From an uncultured Hyphomicrobiales bacterium (GTDB taxonomy: Bacteria > Bacteroidota > Ignavibacteria > Kapaibacteriales > UBA2268): 64,000 nucleotides of DNA. The stretch is from assembly GCA_964464375.1 (NCBI GenBank), contig CAYXFU010000016.1, positions 15,074-79,073 of the forward strand, read 5' to 3'. Within the stretch, counting starts at the first letter, position 1. Each line of letters begins with the position of its first letter. Position numbers and translations under genes: made by a program. The notes beneath the pieces were generated by a model that was given only the letters and a program-made list of their open reading frames with translations, did no database searches and was not told the origin of the DNA. Below, in pieces: positions 1 to 7,897 of the stretch.

Positions 1-397
1 TTTTAATGATAAATAAAAATACATATTCAAAATTGAAAAAATTTAATTTGGCTAAGATTATTCAGCTGTTTATTTTTAGCCATAATTTTAATCTAACCAA
101 TATTAAATGTGTTATTATTAATCAAATATGATCATGAAAACGTTATTCTTTAATTTTTCTTCTATTGTAATTATTTTTTATTGAAATCGGAAATAGCTGT
201 ATCGCGGCAATAGATAACGTATATTGGCATTTCTTGAATGATTTTGTGGACAACTATTTGCGATTAAGTAAATTTCGTAGGTTTGAAAGCGTAAATATTT
301 GTCTTATGATTGGCATTAAAAAACATCATTTTCAATACGTAAAATCATTAAGAAGTAAGCTCTGAGTTGCTAATTTTGGTACTTTGATGCAAAAAAC

Positions 398-436
398 CTG
401 CTTTAGATTTAACTCAGAAAGCAGGTTTCTTTTGAT
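398..436. terminator. Symmetric GC hairpin (cctgctttc...gaaagcagg) flanked by A-run and T-run; bidirectional intrinsic terminator downstream of the 458..1921 gene
   Basis: stem-loop with flanking poly-A/poly-T read directly from the sequence. Confidence 0.6.
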
Positions 437-457
437 TAGCAGATTTATTAATTCAAA

Positions 458-1921
458 TTATTTAATCAATATTTTAATTGCTTTATAGTATTGTACAGAT
501 GATATTGATATAAGATAAACACCATTCTGCAAAGTTTCAATATTATTAAGAGGTAGATAGGTTTCGCATGATATTGATGCCTTTTGCTCCAGCAACTTGT
601 CGCCTAGAACATTGAAGACTGTTATTGTTAGGTCAGAATTAATGCAATTTAGATTTCCAAAAAATAATTTATTGTTTTGAAAATACATGTTATTCTGGTC
701 ATTTTTAAAATCTTCCGCACTCAGAACATGATTAAAATCGTATATTTTACCGTCAGAATCTATGCCTTTCAGCTCAGAAAAATGAATTATTGGTGTCAAT
801 TCTGAATACTTTTTTGGCTCAAGAATTAAATTTGCTATAATATTATTAGTATTGTCAATTAGGGCACTTTCCTGCTCGTAGGAGCCTGTTGTAAATATAA
901 ATGACTTAGTATTCGGTTCAATAGCTGAGAATGTATAGGAATCGCTAAAAACGTTCCCGGATTCGATACCTAATATATTATAGTGTTCAGATAAATTAGT
1001 TAAATCGATCGATCCAGCGAAAGCAATAATATTTTCCACTGTATTAATCGAAATTGGATATCGTTCATATCTTGAATTGATATCAAATTTAATATCATCT
1101 TTTAGTTTTGGAAAATCAGAATTCAAAAAATTATGCCTTTTGGTGAAGTTTACAGGAACAACAAGCAGATCATTAATATTCACTTCACCGTTGCCGTCAC
1201 AATCAGAAAAAGTTACCAGTGAACTGTCCCAGGCTAGACATCTCTGGCTTGTCCAGTTTGTACTTGAGTATTGTCTCGAAAATGTTCTCGAATCCAAATG
1301 TCTTTGCCCAAAGTTGAGATATAAACCAATATTAGTGATATCAGTGACATCAACAACTTTGTCATTGTTTGCATCACCGGGCCACACATTAACAAAACCA
1401 TGAATAAAGTATGAAATATCAGTCTTCTGCAACTCGATAACTTTCTGGTTATTATTTGTATCAAGAACGAACCCCTGTGCCGTTGGGAATGACAATGTTA
1501 TAGATTGTCCATAAGGAGCGTTTTGGCTGACAGCAAACTCAAGAGTGATTATCTTTATGGGAGCAGGTTTCAGCTTGTTTGCGAAATCATTGGTCAATAC
1601 ACCGATGATTATATCGCCCTTATTCGTTGTTGTGTCAACTTTTGGAATAACCACACTGGCACTTTTGTCCCAAACGTCACCATAGCTGACAGCTGAGAGA
1701 CTAATATATTTACTTTGGTTATAGCTGATATGGATATTACTTCCATAACAATTTTGGATGCTGTCTATGCTTAGATCGATGGAAAAAAGATATGTTGCCG
1801 TTATGAAAGATGAACGGTTTGTATCGACATCGTTTCTGATAACTTTCAATTTTTGTGCATAATTTACGTTATAGGACAAAATGAGCAACAAAATGGTTAA
1901 TAATATTTTTTTCATATCCAA
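458..1921 (-). CDS. Secreted protein with dockerin-like or EF-hand-like Ca-binding repeats (GDANNDKVVDVTDI, CDGNGEVNINDLLV) and a T9SS-CTD-like C-terminus (GVYLISI...)
   Basis: N-terminal signal peptide MKKILLTILLLILSYNVNYAQ; paired D-x-N-x-D-G-x-V-N-x-x-D motifs; C-terminal beta-strand motif typical of Por secretion tails. Confidence 0.5.
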   Translation of the reverse strand: MDMKKILLTILLLILSYNVNYAQKLKVIRNDVDTNRSSFITATYLFSIDLSIDSIQNCYGSNIHISYNQSKYISLSAVSYGDVWDKSASVVIPKVDTTTNKGDIIIGVLTNDFANKLKPAPIKIITLEFAVSQNAPYGQSITLSFPTAQGFVLDTNNNQKVIELQKTDISYFIHGFVNVWPGDANNDKVVDVTDITNIGLYLNFGQRHLDSRTFSRQYSSTNWTSQRCLAWDSSLVTFSDCDGNGEVNINDLLVVPVNFTKRHNFLNSDFPKLKDDIKFDINSRYERYPISINTVENIIAFAGSIDLTNLSEHYNILGIESGNVFSDSYTFSAIEPNTKSFIFTTGSYEQESALIDNTNNIIANLILEPKKYSELTPIIHFSELKGIDSDGKIYDFNHVLSAEDFKNDQNNMYFQNNKLFFGNLNCINSDLTITVFNVLGDKLLEQKASISCETYLPLNNIETLQNGVYLISISSVQYYKAIKILIK

Positions 1922-2082
1922 AACTTCAATAATTTAGTAATATCAAAAGAATTTCAGCAATCAACGTGCCAAAAGGTAATGATTTGATTGAATTGTATAT
2001 TAATAAAGCGGAACGTTGAATTGTCAAAATATGAAAGCAGGTCTGGGATGGCTTTAGAAAACCATCTCCAACAATTGGAGAG

Positions 2083-2125
2083 GGAATTAATACATTGCAA
2101 TTTGCGAAATATGAGGAATCATATC
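2083..2125 (+). repeat. ~40-nt intergenic motif GAGGGAATTAATACATTGCAATTTGCGAAAT..GAGGAATCAT, second copy at 36365..36410
   Basis: near-identical strings at two distant intergenic sites, same orientation. Confidence 0.5.
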
Positions 2126-2155
2126 AACGAATCGGTTTTTTAAAGGAAATGAAAA

Positions 2156-2239
2156 TTATATCTTTATAAACTTCCCTACTTTATCCCCAATTCGGACAAT
2201 ATACATGCCCGGAGCAAAGCCGGAAACATCAGGAATTTT
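2156..2239 (-). pseudogene. Orphan 28-codon 3' fragment of a T9SS C-terminal domain (..KIPDVSGFAPGMYIVRIGDKVGKFIKI*), no upstream gene body; overlaps the antitoxin stop in another frame
   Basis: reverse-strand translation matches the conserved CTD ending GMYFVRIGDKVGKF(V/I)K(L/I) of four full-length genes in this window. Confidence 0.6.
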
Positions 2240-2513
2240 TAAAAAGTACTTCAGGATTCCTTTCTGCAATCAAAAGAAGTACATTAGCAGGACCTGTTGG
2301 TTTTCTTCTGCCTTGTTCCCAGTTTTTTAAGGTACCAACACTTATACCGAGAAGATCAGCAAATTTATCCTGAGATAGATTGTGTTTCAGTCTTATTTCT
2401 TTTATTTCATTAGATTTTATCTCAAATCTTCTAGAAGGCTGGATTTCTTTTTTTAATATTTTACCACCTTCATGAATGCTTTGGACAAGATCATCGAACA
2501 TTTCTTTTTTCAT
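2229..2513 (-). CDS. HTH XRE-family antitoxin (HigA-like)
   Basis: LSQDKFADLLGISVGTLKNWEQGRRKPTGPA helix-turn-helix; 1-nt overlap with the upstream toxin gene. Confidence 0.7.
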   Translation of the reverse strand: MKKEMFDDLVQSIHEGGKILKKEIQPSRRFEIKSNEIKEIRLKHNLSQDKFADLLGISVGTLKNWEQGRRKPTGPANVLLLIAERNPEVLFKNS

Positions 2514-2839
2514 TATGAGAATTCCTCTTCAATAATTTTACTCAGTATTTTAATTTGATTGGGAGATAAATCGTCCCGCTCAGATTTTGAATAAGCATAT
2601 AATAGTAAAATTGTGTCTTTCATATCGACCCAAAAATAAATAATTCTTATTCCTCCACTTTTGCCTTTTGATTTGGTTTTCCATCTGATTTTTCTCAATC
2701 CACTTGACCCCTTAATAACCTTACCAAAAGCCGGATCGTTTGCCAGAAAATTTTGAAAATCCCTATATTCTTCACTATCTAGTAGAACAAGAATTTGCTT
2801 AGTAAATATTTTTGTCTCTACAATTATCATGTAAGTCAT
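2513..2839 (-). CDS. RelE/ParE-superfamily toxin (HigB/Gp49-like)
   Basis: ~108 aa; GKSGGIRIIYFW..LLLYAYSKSERDDLSPNQIKIL resembles the phage Gp49-like/HigB family; toxin-first order typical of HigBA. Confidence 0.6.
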   Translation of the reverse strand: MTYMIIVETKIFTKQILVLLDSEEYRDFQNFLANDPAFGKVIKGSSGLRKIRWKTKSKGKSGGIRIIYFWVDMKDTILLLYAYSKSERDDLSPNQIKILSKIIEEEFS

Positions 2840-2858
2840 TGACGTAGTAAATTCAACA

Positions 2859-4763
2859 TTATTTAATTTTCACAAATTTCCCGACTTTATCTCCAATCCG
2901 CACAAAATACATCCCAGTAGTTAGAGAAGTGACATTGATTTGTAGGGGTTCAAAATTTTGAACCCCTACAGTCATTACAGTTTGACCGAATACATTGAAG
3001 ATACAGATACCCTCAGATGGACTCCACTTGGCAAGTGGAGCCCATCTTCTCATATCGATTTCTACGAAATCTGATGCTGGATTGGGTGAAAGAATAAAAG
3101 ACTCTGCACTTTTGATATCCGATACATCTGTGATTAAATGAATAGATAATCTGGCTCTTTGAGGTGTCTTACATTCAGTTGTTAAACTTTGTGCTTCAAT
3201 ATAAACAACTGTATCTTTATAAACATATAATGAGAAATAATTTCTTGCTGACTGAAGCAGATTACCACCAACAGGTGAATCATACAGATAAAATGTTGAA
3301 TTTTTGGGAGACAAAGGTATTATTGAAATGTCCTGTTTTTTAATAAGCACAGTATCATTTACTAATACAGGTATTCCAGGATACACTTTAATAGATGTTT
3401 GATTTTCTTCCCCGATTGAAACAGGGTCGGTACTCCTAACTCTGATTTTGTAACTCTCACCTTCTGTAACATCTGAAGGTATTCCTACCTTAATTTTGCC
3501 TTGATAAATACTTTTGCTTTTACCTATAATTTTGACATTTGATGACCATGAACCGTTTGTGTCTGACAATTCTGCAATAAATTCATTTCCTGTTTTATAT
3601 AGTATATAAGTTTTGAAAGCCAGATCAAAGCTATCTCCAGGGCAAAATTGAAGTTTCATTGGCTTGGGGTCATCTGTATTAATTGTTAGCTTTTTGTTCC
3701 TGTAATAAATAATATAAAATTCTTTTATTGTTGTATCACTAATTACAAATTGATGTCTTGAAGGCTGGATTTGTGCTATTTCCCTCATGTCTGATTTGAA
3801 TTTGGAATTTGAATCAAGACTTTCATATAATAAAAATGTTGAATTTTGTGGGAAATTAATATCTTCATATTCTAATTTCAGTGGATAATCTGTTGCCTTA
3901 GAAAAGAACTTTACATGATAAATAAGAGGTGTAGATTCGTTTTTAAATTCTCTGATATCTCTAGAATTTGAATATGGTTTCTCGTCATTAGGGGCAATAT
4001 CGTATATTCCGTATTCTAAAGTATATGGAAGACTATCTATATAAAACCTGGCTTGAAAATTACGCATAATATAGTCAAAAGGACCTTCAGCATAACATGT
4101 ATCAGCATTCATACTTGCTCTGTAATGTGATCCAAATATCAGATTTGTTGTATCTATATTTTTTGAAACTAAAAATAACTCAATACCGGGTTTTGAAGTT
4201 GAATCAAACCATTCATAAGGATTATAGAAAATCCAAATCGGTACATCAACATTGACATAACCGCTGTCATTTAATTCTTTTGCAGTAAATAATAAATTTG
4301 CTGTATAATAGCCGGGTTTCATTGTTTTTGGAGGGATAAATTTCAAATCCAAATCTAAATAATTACCTTTTGTTAGGTTGAAAACATTACCACTAGTTAC
4401 ATAATTTGGAAAGGGATTCTGCTTTCCGGCTCCGGCAACTGATTTGAATACCAAGTATGGCTGATCGGAGCTAATCAGCATTGATTCGATCTTGGATGTA
4501 TCAGTTTTCAAGCTGATATTCATTATGCCGGAATGGGTATTACCTGTTCCTGAATCGGATGAAAATGGATTCCTGATTGAATAAGAATAAAGAGAGTTCT
4601 TCATTGTCGTTGGCAACCAACCAGTTTTTCTGTCAATGTTAAACATTAATTCTGCATTTGATGAGATTTTAGCCGAATTGTTATCCATTGCAGTAATAGA
4701 TTGAGCTGATGTGAGAGCATATCCCAGTAGGGTGACAATAACTATTAAGTATTTCATCTTCAT
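2859..4763 (-). CDS. Secreted protein with T9SS C-terminal sorting domain
   Basis: signal peptide; C-terminus SPNPASDFVEIDMRRWAPLAKWSPSEGICIFNVFGQ..GMYFVRIGDKVGKFVKIK. Confidence 0.6.
   Translation of the reverse strand: MKMKYLIVIVTLLGYALTSAQSITAMDNNSAKISSNAELMFNIDRKTGWLPTTMKNSLYSYSIRNPFSSDSGTGNTHSGIMNISLKTDTSKIESMLISSDQPYLVFKSVAGAGKQNPFPNYVTSGNVFNLTKGNYLDLDLKFIPPKTMKPGYYTANLLFTAKELNDSGYVNVDVPIWIFYNPYEWFDSTSKPGIELFLVSKNIDTTNLIFGSHYRASMNADTCYAEGPFDYIMRNFQARFYIDSLPYTLEYGIYDIAPNDEKPYSNSRDIREFKNESTPLIYHVKFFSKATDYPLKLEYEDINFPQNSTFLLYESLDSNSKFKSDMREIAQIQPSRHQFVISDTTIKEFYIIYYRNKKLTINTDDPKPMKLQFCPGDSFDLAFKTYILYKTGNEFIAELSDTNGSWSSNVKIIGKSKSIYQGKIKVGIPSDVTEGESYKIRVRSTDPVSIGEENQTSIKVYPGIPVLVNDTVLIKKQDISIIPLSPKNSTFYLYDSPVGGNLLQSARNYFSLYVYKDTVVYIEAQSLTTECKTPQRARLSIHLITDVSDIKSAESFILSPNPASDFVEIDMRRWAPLAKWSPSEGICIFNVFGQTVMTVGVQNFEPLQINVTSLTTGMYFVRIGDKVGKFVKIK
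3019..3043. repeat. In-frame 25-nt palindrome ggactccacttggcaagtggagccc inside the CTD coding region (encodes WAPLAKWSP); identical copy at 53907..53931
   Basis: palindrome seen directly; same sequence at the same CTD position in a second gene. Confidence 0.7.
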
Positions 4764-4774
4764 TTTATCCCATT

Positions 4775-5563
4775 TTACAATTTTATAAATTTCCCAACTT
4801 TATCCCCAATTCTCACAAAATACATCCCCGGAGGCAAACTGGAGATATCGATTCTTACTCCCTCCCTGCTCGCGGGGAGGGTTGGGGTGGGGTTAGGTGT
4901 GGCCTGTATTTCTCCCAGCACATTATATATACTCACGTCGCTTTGTAGGGGCGAACGGCCGTTCGCCCCTACGGATATTTCTATGAAATCTGTAGTTGGA
5001 TTAGGCGATACTTCAAAATCTTCTTTATTTTCTGGATTTTTTGATGGAACGTCCAAATTAGTATCCTCGTATCTTCTTAGATAATTGAAATTTGTAACAA
5101 GGCTTACATGTCCTATCTTATTTTCAACTGAATCTATGTTAGAATAATTCATCAGTCTTAGAAGCAAAACTCGTGGTAAAAATTTGGTGGTATCGGGTTC
5201 TTGAGGTAAATACTCCCTAAACCAAAATGTTCCATAAAGCGATTCAAAATGCTGAAATTCATTTTTTGTATTTAAATAGGTTGTAAGAATATCATGCCAT
5301 GTATATTCTATTATTGTGTCTTTTGGATAAATTCCAGATCTAGGAATAACATTATACTGAAATTCAACTCGAAAAATTTGTTTGGCATATAATTGTCCAA
5401 ATGTCGGTGACCAGTAACAGCTATCAACTTTGACCGAATCGGGATTTTGAAATCCCATCTTTTGATGCTTAAGTAGTTTTAGGCAACTGTCTGGTACTTG
5501 TGCATAATTTGCACCCAAACCAATAAAACTAAAATAAAGAAACATAAAGAATAATCTTTTCAT
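4775..5563 (-). CDS. Secreted protein with T9SS C-terminal sorting domain
   Basis: signal peptide MKRLFFMFLYFSFIGLGANYAQ; C-terminus SPNPTTDFIEISVGANGRSPLQSDVSIYNVLGEI..GMYFVRIGDKVGKFIKL. Confidence 0.6.
   Translation of the reverse strand: MKRLFFMFLYFSFIGLGANYAQVPDSCLKLLKHQKMGFQNPDSVKVDSCYWSPTFGQLYAKQIFRVEFQYNVIPRSGIYPKDTIIEYTWHDILTTYLNTKNEFQHFESLYGTFWFREYLPQEPDTTKFLPRVLLLRLMNYSNIDSVENKIGHVSLVTNFNYLRRYEDTNLDVPSKNPENKEDFEVSPNPTTDFIEISVGANGRSPLQSDVSIYNVLGEIQATPNPTPTLPASREGVRIDISSLPPGMYFVRIGDKVGKFIKL
4858..4881. repeat. In-frame GC hairpin ccctccctgctcgcggggaggg at a second variable site of the CTD (between NVLGEI and IDISSL)
   Basis: inverted repeat seen directly; the analogous site in the 53712 gene and the 52735 fragment carries a different hairpin, cctctcctttccaaggagggg. 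Confidence 0.55.
4945..4972. repeat. Perfect 28-nt palindrome gtaggggcgaacggccgttcgcccctac, in-frame in the CTD (encodes VGANGRSPL); related copies at 23153..23180 and 52927..52954
   Basis: perfect palindrome seen directly; recurs in orphan CTD copies. Confidence 0.75.
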
Positions 5564-5596
5564 TTTTGTAGCCTCATAAAAATTTATCCATTATTA

Positions 5597-5625
5597 ACCC
5601 CAACTTAAGCATGGGGTTAATAAAT
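5597..5625 (-). terminator. Hairpin ttaacccca..tggggttaa between the 5706 and 4775 genes, possible terminator
   Basis: 9-bp stem; weak T-tract. Confidence 0.35.
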
Positions 5626-5705
5626 TCTTTTAGTTTATTAACCTCAGTGAATAACTTAACACATTTAACTCAAAAAAGTTACATAGAATACCAAAATTTC
5701 TTCGA

Positions 5706-6497
5706 TTATCTAGAAAGATAAATTCTCTTGCGGATTAGTTTTTCCTTACCAATACGGACTTCGCCGACATAATCGCCAACGGGCAGTAGTCTTCCCGAAT
5801 CATCGCGTCCGTTCCATGTGTAAGTGAAGTCGCCGGGGCTCTGGATTCCGTCGAACATTGTAGCGATGATCACCGCATTCATAGAATAGACAACAACCTG
5901 CACTCTGGTTCTATATTCTAATGTATATTTCATTACGGGCGAAACATCCTCAACTAGTCCGAGAAAACTCCCAATCATTGAAAAAGGAATTTTAAGTCCA
6001 TTGGGGTTATAAAGAGTTGTGTTATTATAGGTCGATGCCTGCTGTAGATTGTATTCATGCTGGAACATCTCTCTAGCCGATGGTTTGAAGTATTCCGGAG
6101 GTATGTCGAGATTCTCACGGATTCTTTCGTATGGAGAATATGGTTTTTTAGCTACTGTAGGTAAATATTGGGAAAACATTCTGAGGTCATTGTTTAGCCT
6201 TGTCGAAAGTGGGATTCTCAATCGCAAAGCTCTTGTATAATTGCTGTCCTGAAACATTGATGTAGGTCTGCCGAATGCTCCGGGCATAGCATCCAATTTA
6301 GTTTTGACAGTGTCAATCTTTATTGTATCGCCTTTTAATATCTGAAGCGGAGTGAAGTTATTATCCTTGAGAATAACCTTAGAACTATCAGCTCCTGTTT
6401 TAAGGGCAAATGAAGAATTTGTGAATATAAAAAGGAACACAATGGCACTTAAAATAAAATGCAGATTTGACAGAGTATGTTTGATTTGACCGGACAT
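5706..6497 (-). CDS. Hypothetical secreted or membrane-anchored protein with C-terminal FlgD-Ig-like motif (FTYTWNGRDDSGRLLPVGDY)
   Basis: N-terminal hydrophobic segment; C-terminal motif. Confidence 0.35.
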   Translation of the reverse strand: MSGQIKHTLSNLHFILSAIVFLFIFTNSSFALKTGADSSKVILKDNNFTPLQILKGDTIKIDTVKTKLDAMPGAFGRPTSMFQDSNYTRALRLRIPLSTRLNNDLRMFSQYLPTVAKKPYSPYERIRENLDIPPEYFKPSAREMFQHEYNLQQASTYNNTTLYNPNGLKIPFSMIGSFLGLVEDVSPVMKYTLEYRTRVQVVVYSMNAVIIATMFDGIQSPGDFTYTWNGRDDSGRLLPVGDYVGEVRIGKEKLIRKRIYLSR

Positions 6498-6643
6498 AAA
6501 GATTCAAATATTATTTCTAATCAATTTATCATAAAATTAACGTTAAAGCTGAAATTTAAGTATAATTTTTAAAAATATAAATTGGAAGAATTAAATCATA
6601 TCTTTTGTTACTATATTTCCTAGAGTGTAAACATCAAAAATAG

Positions 6644-7783
6644 CTACAATTTTTTCAGCCACGCAGAAAAGAAAACATCCGTAACAAAATATGATCCCTT
6701 TTCGGTATGTATCAGTTCTTTGTCAAGAAGTGACTTCAGAGCCTGGCTAACTGTGCTTGTAGAACTCAAATGATACTTACGGATGAATTCTCCTGAAGTT
6801 GGTTCTTTTATAGCATCTTCTCCTGCGATCGCTCTAAGCAGCTGCCATTGGTTGTTTGTCAGAAGGCTTCGGTAGCTGTGATATACAGATTCATTTCCGT
6901 TGATTATATTGTTCAAGGTTGTTTCGATGTCCTTTTGTTTTATCGTCTTTAGTCTCTGCTCAAATAATCTGTTGCATAAAAACTGAACGTAGTAAGTATG
7001 TGTACGGGCTTTACTCAGTATTAACTTAGCTTCTTTTTCTGCTATCGTCTGCTTTCCTGTTCTGAATTGCTTGATGATAAATTCTATATACTTTTTGTCA
7101 TTTATTTTTTGCAATTCAAAAAACTCACTGCTCTGATAAAATGGTCTTCCTGCGTCGCTGAACATTGACATCAGAAGATGCTTCTTACTTCCCGAAAAGA
7201 CAAAATTTGCATTGGCAATCGATTGAATATGCGAACGAAGCACAGCTTCGACATTTTTCTCTGGATATTCGGATATTTGTTGAAATTCATCGATGCAGAT
7301 GTAAAAATGCTTTTTTACTGACTTTATATATCTGAAAACATCATCAATCGTGCTGAGGGCTTCATCATCGTCACTTATTTTCAGCTCAATCGATGGAAGA
7401 TTTGTATTAGAGTCAATTGTCAACGAGGGTGTTATCCTTGTCAGTAACGACTTAATCGCAGCAAATGACTTCATTGTCAGAGTTGCCGACTGCTCGAAGA
7501 CACTTTTAGCGAATACTCTTGTGAAGGAAGCCAGGTCAGTTGTCGGCATGATGTCGATATAGACGGGAACAATTTCATTCTTCGACTGCATAATATTCTG
7601 AACATGTTTAACCAGAACGGACTTGCCGAGTCTGCGAATTGAAGCCAGAACCACATTTCTGCCATTAGTAGCAGCATTCGTGAGCTTTTTAGTTTCCACC
7701 TCCCTGTCGCAGAAGTATTCAGGGGAATCGTATCCAAATATCACGAATGGATTTTTAATGTCTGTTTTTATGTCGTATACCAT
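6644..7783 (-). CDS. AAA+ ATPase of the Arch_ATPase/DUF234 type
   Basis: Walker A GRNVVLASIRRLGKS, Walker B CIDEFQQI, C-terminal wHTH-like region. Confidence 0.55.
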   Translation of the reverse strand: MVYDIKTDIKNPFVIFGYDSPEYFCDREVETKKLTNAATNGRNVVLASIRRLGKSVLVKHVQNIMQSKNEIVPVYIDIMPTTDLASFTRVFAKSVFEQSATLTMKSFAAIKSLLTRITPSLTIDSNTNLPSIELKISDDDEALSTIDDVFRYIKSVKKHFYICIDEFQQISEYPEKNVEAVLRSHIQSIANANFVFSGSKKHLLMSMFSDAGRPFYQSSEFFELQKINDKKYIEFIIKQFRTGKQTIAEKEAKLILSKARTHTYYVQFLCNRLFEQRLKTIKQKDIETTLNNIINGNESVYHSYRSLLTNNQWQLLRAIAGEDAIKEPTSGEFIRKYHLSSTSTVSQALKSLLDKELIHTEKGSYFVTDVFFSAWLKKL

Positions 7784-7897
7784 AGTATCTATTCCATATT
7801 TTACGTTACATGTTTTATATAACGTAAATTATGGAATTATAGTTTATTTTGCAAATAAAAATGTATTTTTAGGGGTTAAGTTGCGGATAATTATCAA

